From the NCBI GenBank assembly GCA_965237675.1, contig OZ250150.1:3200001-3264000 (forward strand): 64,000 bases of DNA, given 5' to 3'. This document shows positions 28,678 to 37,221 of the stretch, piece by piece (within the stretch, counting starts at the first letter, position 1; the number at the start of each line of letters is the position of its first letter). Source of the stretch: Candidatus Latescibacterota bacterium (GTDB taxonomy: Bacteria > Latescibacterota > UBA2968 > GCA-2709665). The translations under genes were made by a program, and so were the position numbers. The notes under the pieces were generated by a model. It did no database searches, had not been told where the DNA came from, and worked only from the letters and a program-made list of their open reading frames with translations.

Positions 28678-30135
28678 ATGGTTCGAAGAAAGGAGCGTGC
28701 GCCGACCTCCCGCGTGCGCTTTGGCTTTGCACGGGTGGACCTGACGCCGCCCGTGGGGATTTATCATCGGATGTGGGGCGCGGCCAGGCACGACCGTGCA
28801 ACGGGCATTCACAGGCCGATTCTGGGTGACGTGCTGGTATTCGGGCCGGTGGACGCACCCGACGAAATACGGCTGATTCGGGCGCATCTGGACCTGGTCT
28901 GCCTGGTGGCCCAGCAGCATGCGGCGCTTGTGACGGCGCTCAGCATGGCCGCGGGGGTCGGACAGGATCGGGTGGACGTGACGTACTCCCACACCCATTC
29001 CTCCGGGTGGTACGCTCCGGATCGCTTCGATATGCCGGGCGGCGAATTGATTGAACCCTTCCTGAAGAACGTCGGGGAAAAGCTGGCGCAGGCCTGCGCG
29101 GAGGCGCTGGCGGGGGTACGGGAGGTGCTGATTACCTATGCCGACGGGCATTGTGACATGGCGGCCGACCGGGACTATCGGGATGACGTATTCGGGGGGT
29201 ACGTCTGCGGGTATAATCCGGACGGGAAGGGTGACGATACCCTGCTGGTGGGACGGATATGCGACACAGAGGGCAGGACCGCGGCGACGGTGGTGAATTA
29301 TGGATGCCATCCGACCACGCTGGCCTGGAAGAACACCCTGATAAGCCCGGATTACGTGGGTGCGATGCGGGATGAAGTGGAGCGGGTGACCGGGGCGCCG
29401 TGCACGTTCGCCCTGGCGCCTTGCGGGGATCTGGGCCCAAAAGACGGGTTTGTCGGAGAGTTGGAAGTCGCGGAGAAAAACGGACGTCAGCTCGGGTTTG
29501 CTGCGCTGTCCGTCTTTATGTCCATGGGGCCTCCGGGCACGGATTTCGAATACCAGGGTCCGGTGATCTCAGGCGCCACGCTTGGCACCTGGGCGCACGT
29601 GGGATTCGGAGATGGGCGTCTGCGCGCCGCTTCGGTCGTTTCCGGCGGCGTACATTCCGTGGACCTCCCGATAAAAAAACAGCGTGACCGGGAGGCGCTC
29701 CTGGAGGATCTGGCGCGGTGGTCGGAAGCCGAGCGGGCAGCCGACGCGGCCGGAGACGCCCTGCAGGCCCGATCGTGCGGCGCCCGGGCGGAGCGGGCCA
29801 GGCGCTGGCTCGCGCGGATTGCGAACCTGCCGCCGGGCGAGACATACCCGTATCGATTCTCCATATATCGAATGGGAGACGCAATCTGGGTGACCTGCGG
29901 CGGTGAGCCCTACAGCTTTCTGCAGGTCGAGTTACGTCGGCGATTTCCCGGATTTGTGATTCTGGTTTCTCCTCTTTCGGGCAATGTACAGGTTGCTTAT
30001 TTGTTGCGGAAAGACGCGTACGGCAAGGGACTGTACCAGGAGGAGCCGTCGAGTCTGGCGCCGGGCAGTCTGGAGACCCTGACCGAGGCCATTGCGGAAC
30101 GAATCGAAGAACTCGCGGTTGTACGTGAGTCTTGA
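28678..30135 (+). CDS. Neutral/alkaline ceramidase-like hydrolase
   Basis: ARVDLTPP, SHTHS, VNYGCHPT, ISPDYVG motifs. Confidence 0.7.
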   Translation: MVRRKERAPTSRVRFGFARVDLTPPVGIYHRMWGAARHDRATGIHRPILGDVLVFGPVDAPDEIRLIRAHLDLVCLVAQQHAALVTALSMAAGVGQDRVDVTYSHTHSSGWYAPDRFDMPGGELIEPFLKNVGEKLAQACAEALAGVREVLITYADGHCDMAADRDYRDDVFGGYVCGYNPDGKGDDTLLVGRICDTEGRTAATVVNYGCHPTTLAWKNTLISPDYVGAMRDEVERVTGAPCTFALAPCGDLGPKDGFVGELEVAEKNGRQLGFAALSVFMSMGPPGTDFEYQGPVISGATLGTWAHVGFGDGRLRAASVVSGGVHSVDLPIKKQRDREALLEDLARWSEAERAADAAGDALQARSCGARAERARRWLARIANLPPGETYPYRFSIYRMGDAIWVTCGGEPYSFLQVELRRRFPGFVILVSPLSGNVQVAYLLRKDAYGKGLYQEEPSSLAPGSLETLTEAIAERIEELAVVRES

Positions 30136-30149
30136 ACGGAGAGATCGAC

Positions 30150-31028
30150 ATGGCCGAACTGGTATATGATGCCGGCACCGATACGTATCAATTCGAGACG
30201 GAGGCGATGACCGGTGGAATTCGGGCATCGGGAGATTATCACGGGGTCTGGACACTGACGGACAGGAAAACCGGAAGACAGGTCATCCATCCGAAATATT
30301 CGGCATTGAACCTGTTTCGGTTATTTGCCGTTCATCAGGGCCTGGACCAACCGCGCCTGATGGACCGCATGGTCGAAGCCCGGGACAACGCCGTCGTGGT
30401 GCACTGGGCGGCTACGGAAACGCACCAGGGTGCCTTGACCGCCCGTTACGAGGTGTGCGAGCCGAATCGTATCGACCTGACGGTAACGGTGGCAAGCGAA
30501 GGGACCTATGCGGGGTATGAACTCTTCCTTTCCAACTATTTCGACAAGGCGTTACGACCCCATATCTATCTCCACGGTAGCCGTTACGGACGGGAGAGCG
30601 TGGACCCCGAGTTGGTCGTTCCCATGGTGAACGATGTCTTTCGAGGAACCGTCATTGTGTTTCCACGGGACCCGCATGCGGCGCGGCGCTGTGTGGACGG
30701 GCGGTGGAATCGCAGCGAAAGTAACTCGCCCACCGTGCAGATGTGTCCGGTGCGGTACTATGGGTATCCGTTTTCCTTCCTGACGGACAATCGGCTGGCC
30801 GTCGTGTTGATGTCTACGGAAGAGGACTGTTATGCCATCAGTACCCGTTACCACGTGGCGGACGAAGCCGATCGCATGACAGATTACAGCGCGTTTGATT
30901 TTTCTCTTTTCGGCGACGACCTCGTGCCGGGCAGTCGACGCACGGTACGTATGCGCCTTGTAGTGACGGAGGTCGACGGGGGAATGACCCAGCCCCTGGC
31001 GCATTATCAGGCGTTCTCGGGAGTTTGA
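30150..31028 (+). CDS. Hypothetical protein (possible beta-sandwich fold)
   Basis: Long ORF in operon position with an RBS-like GGAGAG. No recognised family. Confidence 0.65.
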   Translation: MAELVYDAGTDTYQFETEAMTGGIRASGDYHGVWTLTDRKTGRQVIHPKYSALNLFRLFAVHQGLDQPRLMDRMVEARDNAVVVHWAATETHQGALTARYEVCEPNRIDLTVTVASEGTYAGYELFLSNYFDKALRPHIYLHGSRYGRESVDPELVVPMVNDVFRGTVIVFPRDPHAARRCVDGRWNRSESNSPTVQMCPVRYYGYPFSFLTDNRLAVVLMSTEEDCYAISTRYHVADEADRMTDYSAFDFSLFGDDLVPGSRRTVRMRLVVTEVDGGMTQPLAHYQAFSGV

Positions 31029-31229
31029 ATGCACGCGGTTGTATCATCGATCGACCTGCGTCGGCCATCGCCGGGTCCAGGTATTCCCGCACGGAGCGCC
31101 CGATTCCGAGAGTTGGTTCAATTTTGAGGTTGAATGGGAACTGCCTTGTGCAAATTTTTAAAGGATGCCTGCTGCCTGGCGCGGCGAGGCGCCGTTTCTG
31201 CTCGACGTCGAAAATTCGTTAAGATACGG

Positions 31230-32426
31230 ATGATGAAAATCCTCGAACATGTGTGGTGGCGGTACTTGCTGACGTTCGGCCTGTTTCTGGCTGTGGCTGA
31301 CTGCGGCAAGACACCGCCCACCGTGGACGATGATCTGTACGAAGAGTACCCGGGGTTGCCCTACGGGATCATGATCACCCTCGCCGGCACCGGAGATGCA
31401 GGCAGGAACGCCACGGGATCGGGTCCTCTGGATACGCACCTGTATTTTCCCCAGGATATGACCGTTGGACCCGACGGTCGGACATACATTCTGGATTGGA
31501 ACAACAATCGCGTTCTTGTGATCGACAACGGAATCGTGCGTCCCCTGATCGGTAGCGGCGAACCGGGTGATGCGCTCGCGGGTCCGGCACTGGAGGTGGG
31601 CATCGACCACCCGACCCATATTTCGTTCGATCCCCAGGGAAGATTGATCCTTTCGGCCTGGCAGAATGCCAGGATCCTGAGGTATGATTTTACCACAGGC
31701 CGCGTCGAACCCATTGCCGGCCGGGGCGAACGCGGTTTCGGGGGCGACGGCGGCCCCGCTCTCGAAGCCTCGTTAAATCTTCCGAGTTCCACGGTCTTCG
31801 ACGAATCCGGCCGTATGTATATCTCGGATCAGGGCAACCTTCGCATTCGTATGGTGGATCTCAACGGTGTGATCTCCACCGTTGCGGGAACCGGACGGGA
31901 GGGACTTGCCGGGGACGGTGGTCCTGCCATTCTGGCCGACCTCTATGCACCGACAGGAGACGCGGCGCAGCCCGCCGGCCGGATTGCCATGGATAGCCGG
32001 GGCAACCTTTATATCGCAGATACGTTCAACAATCGCATCCGCATGGTGGATACCACAGGCAGAATCAGCACGGTGGCCGGCGGCAGCAGTATCGGCCCGA
32101 CTGCCGGAACGTATTCCGGAGATGGCGGACCGGCGACCGAGGCCAACCTCTCGCGCCCCAGCGACGTGGTCGTCGATGCGGAGGGAAACCTGTTTATTGC
32201 CGATACCGGTAACCATTGTATCCGCAAGGTGGATACCAGCGGTTTTATTACCACCCTGGCCGGCCGGTGTGGAGAGCCGGGTTTCAAGGGCGACAGCGAC
32301 CATCCCCGGTGGGGAAAACTCAGGAGTCCCTACGGGGTTGCACTCGATCAGGACGAGAATCTGTACATCGCCGATACGTTCAACCATCGGATTCGCGTGG
32401 TGTACAAGAATGTCGTCGAAAGATGA
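31230..32426 (+). CDS. NHL-repeat (teneurin-like) exported protein, probable lipoprotein
   Basis: Repeated GDGGPA...L..P..V..D..GNLYIADT.N.RIR.VD units. Hydrophobic N-terminus ending LAVADC. Confidence 0.88.
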   Translation: MMKILEHVWWRYLLTFGLFLAVADCGKTPPTVDDDLYEEYPGLPYGIMITLAGTGDAGRNATGSGPLDTHLYFPQDMTVGPDGRTYILDWNNNRVLVIDNGIVRPLIGSGEPGDALAGPALEVGIDHPTHISFDPQGRLILSAWQNARILRYDFTTGRVEPIAGRGERGFGGDGGPALEASLNLPSSTVFDESGRMYISDQGNLRIRMVDLNGVISTVAGTGREGLAGDGGPAILADLYAPTGDAAQPAGRIAMDSRGNLYIADTFNNRIRMVDTTGRISTVAGGSSIGPTAGTYSGDGGPATEANLSRPSDVVVDAEGNLFIADTGNHCIRKVDTSGFITTLAGRCGEPGFKGDSDHPRWGKLRSPYGVALDQDENLYIADTFNHRIRVVYKNVVER

Positions 32427-32491
32427 TCCGTCAATCGGTCAGCGGGGGACATGGTTTTCGGGTATGGATGCCGTTCCTCGAGGGAGTGTTT

Positions 32492-32995
32492 ATGGGCGGG
32501 ACAAAACTGGTTTGGATCACCGGGGTTGTGCTGGGGGCGGGTCTGATATTCAGTTTCCCCGATGTCGGGGCCGCAAAGGACGGAAAATCCAATCCTTTAC
32601 CTCGGGTGCAGGTCGTCACGCTCGAGGGAGATACGCTGAGTCTGGCCGAGGTCTGCGAAGGAAAGACATCCTTCATTTATTTGTGGGCCACCTGGTGCAA
32701 AACCTGCAAGAAGGATATGGAGAATGTCTTCAAGTTGCGGGAGAAATTCGGAGAGAGGGTGCAGGTCTTCGGCATCGCATGGAAGAATAGCGCGGAGGAG
32801 ATCCAGACCTACTTCGCCGGAAGGAAAGAATCGCTGCACAGCTACATCGATACCGACGGACGTGTGTTCGAGGCTTTCGACACCCGGTTGACGCCCACGG
32901 TTGTGATCGTAGACGGCCGCGGGGAGGTCCTTTTTTCCGGGTACGCTTCCTTTCGAAGATTCAGAAAATTGCTGGACAAGGCATTGAAAGGCTAG
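32492..32995 (+). CDS. TlpA-family thiol-disulfide oxidoreductase
   Basis: WATWCKTC active site, cis-Pro region LTPTVVIVDGRG, N-terminal signal/anchor. Confidence 0.88.
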   Translation: MGGTKLVWITGVVLGAGLIFSFPDVGAAKDGKSNPLPRVQVVTLEGDTLSLAEVCEGKTSFIYLWATWCKTCKKDMENVFKLREKFGERVQVFGIAWKNSAEEIQTYFAGRKESLHSYIDTDGRVFEAFDTRLTPTVVIVDGRGEVLFSGYASFRRFRKLLDKALKG

Positions 32996-33031
32996 TGTTC
33001 TGTCCCGGAAATAGATTGCCGAAATTCGGCC
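32992..33031 (+). repeat. 40-bp dispersed repeat, copy 1 (provides the tlpA stop codon)
   Basis: CTAGTGTTCTGTCCCGGAAATAGATTGCCGAAATTCGGCC, 38/40 identical to 46426-46465. Confidence 0.85.
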
Positions 33032-33071
33032 GCCGAGCGATGGCAACGCAGCGAGAAGGGATGAATCGGCG

Positions 33072-33107
33072 CCTGCCTGTGCGTGCTGCCTCACGCACGC
33101 AGACAGG
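33072..33107. repeat. REP-like imperfect palindrome
   Basis: CCTGCCTGTGCGTG...CACGCACGCAGACAGG. Confidence 0.55.
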
Positions 33108-33186
33108 GAAGAATGGTGACATATTTCTGGGAGGTGACACCGGTCGTCGATTGAACGCTAACCACAACGTTGGAGGAGCGTGGACG

Positions 33187-34161
33187 ATGAGACGAGTATT
33201 ACTGGTTTTTCCGTTGATCCTGCTCACCCACCTGGTTCTCGGAAACAAATCTGTTCTGGCGCAACCCGGCGTGAGTTGACGTCGTCCCGTGCTCCCGGGC
33301 GGGAGAATGCTCCAGGGCAGTCTGATTACCCAGGATCTTTTCGTTCTGAGCGTGAATTACGAGTATGAGTTTCTGGGCGATGCGATGTTTGGTACAGGGC
33401 CGATCCCCAACGTCAACCAGGAAGTCACCAGCATTTCAACGGTGTCGGTATTCGCAAGTTATGGGGTCAAGGAATGGTTCGGCGCCGCCGTGGTTCTTCC
33501 GTTTCGGTCCATAACCAACGACAAATTTCTTCTTCCAGGTCAGTACGACAACCAGTATCTGGGCGGCGATTATGTCCGGCATGCCGCCGGTCTCGGCGAC
33601 GTTGTTCTGATGTTGAACTTTGCCCCTCCTCTGCCGGAAGCATTGCCCGGGCTGCTTTTTTCGGCAGGTGTCAAGCTCGCGAACGGGTCGACCCATGCGG
33701 TCGATGAGTATGACCAGCGGTTCGCCGACTTACTGCAGGTGGGTTCCGGCAGCATGGACCCCATTTTCTCCGTAAGTCTGTCGCGCGACTTCAATAACCT
33801 GTTTTTCTCCGGTATGCTGTTCACACGCATTATTTCACGCGAGAATGTATATGGCTACAAATACGGGAACGAGTTTCAGGGCATCTTTTCAATGGAATAT
33901 ATGCATGGGGACATGTTTATTGCGGGTTTCAGCCTGAACCACGTTCACACGGCTCGCGATTATTTCCAATATGGAAAAATCGCCCGAAAACGCGGGGGCA
34001 CCTGGCTCTATGTCGCGCCGAAGCTGGGCGTACGGGCAATGGAAAATTTGAGCCTGGAGGCGAGATTGCCGCTTCCCGTTTACCAGAAAGTGAACGAAAG
34101 CCAGCTAACCTCCGATTATCAGTTCCACGTGGGCGCCACGTATCATTTTTTGGCTCGATAA
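33187..34161 (+). CDS. Outer-membrane beta-barrel (MetA/phenol-degradation 'transporter'-like), probable selenoprotein with in-frame UGA at codon 31
   Basis: GGAGGAG RBS and signal peptide MRRVLL...VLA. TGA at 33277-33279 is in frame with the 33289-34161 ORF. GLGD, QVGSGSMD and PVYQKVNESQL motifs. C-terminal GATYHF resembles a beta-signal. Confidence 0.72.
33288..33309 (+). promoter_or_regulatory. Candidate bacterial SECIS element
   Basis: CGT-G-CTCCC-[GGGC]-GGGAG-A-ATG hairpin. The G-rich apical loop begins 18 nt after the UGA. Confidence 0.6.
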
Positions 34162-34213
34162 GCGGCGAGAGAAGGCCGTGTAGCGTGGTTTTGGTAAAGA
34201 GCAGGAGGCTGCC

Positions 34214-34945
34214 GTGGCACAAAGAGACACCGAAAAGATGTGGGCCGAACTGGCGCCATTCTACGACGTATTGTATCTGTGGAAGGACTATGCGGCCGAG
34301 GCCGCACGGGTTCATCAATTGATCCAAACGCATCGGATGTCGTCCGGCAACACACTGCTGGATGTCGCGTGCGGGACCGGTGAACACACCCGGTTTCTTC
34401 GGGAGCACTACGATGTAACCGGTGTCGATCTGAATCGGGAAATGTTGAAGGTGGCGCGAAGGAAGATCCCCGGGGTCCCGTTACTTTGCCGGGATATGAC
34501 TTCTTTCGACCTGAAGCGTCGGTTTGACGCGGTTGTCTGCCTGTTCAGTTCGATTGCCTACGTCAGGATCTACCGGAACCTGAAGCGGACCATCGCTTGT
34601 TTTGGAAGACATTTGAAACCGGGTGGCATTCTTGTCATAGAGCCCTTTTTCACGACAGAGACATTTCTGCCGGGATCGATCCACGCAGGTACCCTTGAAG
34701 CCGAAGGCGTCAAGATCTCCAGACACACCGTGAGCAGGCGCCGCGGAAACCTGGCCGTTCTCGACTTCCATTTTCTTCTCTCAACCATGAAAGGCGTACA
34801 ATACTTTCGGGACACCCACGAATTGGCGCTCTTCGACCGGGAGCGATTCCTCGAAATTCTCTCGGACGCCGGACTTCGCACGTGGTATTACGAGGACGGA
34901 TTGATGCGAGATCGAGGACTCTACGTGTCGTTGAAAGCCCTTTGA
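34214..34945 (+). CDS. Class I SAM-dependent methyltransferase (TylM1/DesVI-like)
   Basis: KDYAAEA, LLDVACGTGEH, FDAVVCLFSSIAY, HLKPGG. Confidence 0.85.
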   Translation: MAQRDTEKMWAELAPFYDVLYLWKDYAAEAARVHQLIQTHRMSSGNTLLDVACGTGEHTRFLREHYDVTGVDLNREMLKVARRKIPGVPLLCRDMTSFDLKRRFDAVVCLFSSIAYVRIYRNLKRTIACFGRHLKPGGILVIEPFFTTETFLPGSIHAGTLEAEGVKISRHTVSRRRGNLAVLDFHFLLSTMKGVQYFRDTHELALFDRERFLEILSDAGLRTWYYEDGLMRDRGLYVSLKAL

Positions 34946-34992
34946 ACCACCGGATCTGGCGTCGGCCGACCGGGATCGCCCGTGAATGTCGT

Positions 34993-35021
34993 TTGATACG
35001 CCCTCTTTAAGAGCCTATATT
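34993..35021 (+). promoter_or_regulatory. Putative sigma70 promoter of the methylamine cluster
   Basis: TTGATA-17 nt-TATATT with a CTCTT-T-AAGAG palindrome in the spacer. Confidence 0.55.
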
Positions 35022-35136
35022 AGTTCGTAAAACGGCGGTCGGATGGCTTCGAACCTGAGGTCAACGCCTATGTGGCGCGATCGGTCAGGTCTGACGATGC
35101 GCCGTCCCCCTGACGCGAAGCCGGGAGTGAAATCTT

Positions 35137-36501
35137 ATGGAATCGCGTAGAGACAGTGGCAATGGAAGGACCGAGCGCAACCCCCAGGTTCTGGGCAAGA
35201 ATTTCATGTTTCCGCCCCACGTGATCGACGATATCCATATCAAGGCGAATCTGGGTCGGTATCGCATGCGCGGCATGGCGCTCTTCAAGAAGATTCCATC
35301 GTGGGACGACCTGACGTTTCTACCGGGTACGCTCACACGGTTCGTGATCGAAGGATATCGGGAAAAATGCGAAACCCGGACGGTGCTCGGGCCTATCGCC
35401 CGGCGGCCACTGGTGCTCGATATTCCCGTTTATATTACGGGGATGAGCTTCGGGGCGTTGTCCTACGAGGCGAAGGTGGCGCTGGCGAGAGGGGCCACAA
35501 TGGCGGGCACGGCGACCTGTTCCGGAGAAGGCGGAATGCTTCCCGACGAACGCCGGTATTCGGAGAAGTGGCTGTACCAGTGCATTCAGTCCCGATACGG
35601 GTTCAACCCACACCATATGCGTCTTGCCGACGGCGTGGAGTTTTTTATCGGCCAGGGATGCAAGGTGGGGCTTGGCGGACACCTGATGGGCCAGAAGGTG
35701 ACCGACCAGGTGGCCGAGATGCGGTCGTTGCCGGCAGGGATCGATCAGCGTTCGCCTGCAAGGCACCCGGACTGGCTGGGCCCCGATGATCTGGCTTTAA
35801 AGATTGAGGAGATCCGTGAGGCGACCAACTGGCAGATTCCCATTCAGTTGAAACTTGGCGCGGCGCGTGTGTACGACGACGTGCGGATGGCGGCCAAGAC
35901 GGGGCCCGACAGTATCTATATGGACGGGATGGAAGGGTCAACGGGCGCGGGACCCCATCTCGCCACCGAGGAGACGGGCGTACCGGGCATCGCGGCCATC
36001 AGGCAGGCCAGAAAGGCACTGGACGATGTGGGCAAGACCGGGGAGATAACGCTGGTCTATGCGGGCGGGATTCGCAACGGAGCCGACGTGGCCAAAGCAC
36101 TTGCGCTCGGAGCCGATGCGGTCGCCATCGGCACGGCGGCGATGGTGGCGCTGAACTGCAACAGAGATATCCCCGAGGCGGATTACGAGGGCACGGTTGG
36201 CGTGCCGGCGGGTTCCTGCTACCATTGTCATACCGGACTGTGTCCCGTGGGCGTGGCCACCCAGGACCCTGTGCTGCGCAGCCGCCTGGATCCCGATGAG
36301 GCGGCCGAACGGGTGTACAATTTCCTGCATACCCTGGCCATCGAATGTCAGATGTTCGCCAGGGCTTGCGGCAAGACCGATGTGCACTCCCTGGAGCCGG
36401 AGGATCTTGCCGCCCTGACGACGGAGGCTTCCGCCATGGCCGAGGTGCCGCTGGCGGGTACCCGGCACACCGTCGGGCATCCCGAGATGAACAGGTATTG
36501 A
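35137..36501 (+). CDS. mgsC: N-methylglutamate synthase subunit C (FMN-binding glutamate synthase family, GlxD)
   Basis: GMSFGALS, GQGCKVGLGG, IDQRSPARHPDWLGPDDL, CYHCHTGLCPVGVATQDP. Context with gmaS and tdm. Confidence 0.85.
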   Translation: MESRRDSGNGRTERNPQVLGKNFMFPPHVIDDIHIKANLGRYRMRGMALFKKIPSWDDLTFLPGTLTRFVIEGYREKCETRTVLGPIARRPLVLDIPVYITGMSFGALSYEAKVALARGATMAGTATCSGEGGMLPDERRYSEKWLYQCIQSRYGFNPHHMRLADGVEFFIGQGCKVGLGGHLMGQKVTDQVAEMRSLPAGIDQRSPARHPDWLGPDDLALKIEEIREATNWQIPIQLKLGAARVYDDVRMAAKTGPDSIYMDGMEGSTGAGPHLATEETGVPGIAAIRQARKALDDVGKTGEITLVYAGGIRNGADVAKALALGADAVAIGTAAMVALNCNRDIPEADYEGTVGVPAGSCYHCHTGLCPVGVATQDPVLRSRLDPDEAAERVYNFLHTLAIECQMFARACGKTDVHSLEPEDLAALTTEASAMAEVPLAGTRHTVGHPEMNRY

Positions 36502-36619
36502 GTATCGAAAAGGACCCCACGTTTCTATCAGGTAAGCAAACGGGGATCGTCAGATCCGGCGCCGGCCCTGCGCTATTCGGGTCGTTGCCGCGGTTGAATC
36601 GGGAAAACAGGAGAATCCG

Positions 36620-37036
36620 ATGGACAAAGCAGAAGATGTGAACTATTACCTGAAGTCCACGGGTATCGACTCGGACCGCGAGAGAGAAATCGGACAGCAC
36701 ATTGGATATCGGTACGATGTAAACTTGCTGCCGGATTATACGCTCCTGACCCCGTTCTTGAAGCGATACATCGAGGCGATGGGCTGGCGGGATCTGAATT
36801 GGTTGGAAGATGTACATATGGGATATGAAGATGGAAAGCCCGCTGTGTTCGACAGGAATATCAACGGATGGGTGCTGGTTCCCGAAGATATGGCATTGCC
36901 CGACAACCAGCAGGAGCGTGACATGATTGCGCGTGAACTGCTGGTCAAGTTTCAAATGTCCGAGAAGCATCCGATAATGGAACTCAGAGAGGCATACGAA
37001 ATAAAGTTCGAAGAGGATACCAGGGACGGCGGGTAG
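36620..37036 (+). CDS. Hypothetical acidic protein in the methylamine cluster
   Basis: AGGAG RBS, 138 aa, coding-like composition. No family recognised. Confidence 0.75.
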   Translation: MDKAEDVNYYLKSTGIDSDREREIGQHIGYRYDVNLLPDYTLLTPFLKRYIEAMGWRDLNWLEDVHMGYEDGKPAVFDRNINGWVLVPEDMALPDNQQERDMIARELLVKFQMSEKHPIMELREAYEIKFEEDTRDGG

Positions 37037-37221
37037 ACGCTGCAAACCACGGCGTTTCGCAGATGGCACGAAACGGGAGCGAACTTGCACCCGACCGGGA
37101 GATGTCTCGGGCCGCAGCGACGCCGTGTAAATTCCAGTCTCAGGGCGTTCTCAGACGGCGCGCCGCACCCTCGGCGCGTCCGATTCTTGTAGTTGGCATC
37201 CTCAAAAACCCGGGAGGCGTT

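Noticed and set aside
37064-37089. TGGCAC...TTGCA resembling a sigma54 promoter before the ACAD gene
   Set aside because: The spacing between the GG and GC elements is far longer than the fixed -24/-12 spacing.
37063-37221. N-terminal extension of the ACAD ORF, and similar extensions in the ORF track
   Set aside because: The downstream ATG at 37222 has a good RBS, and the extension looks non-coding.
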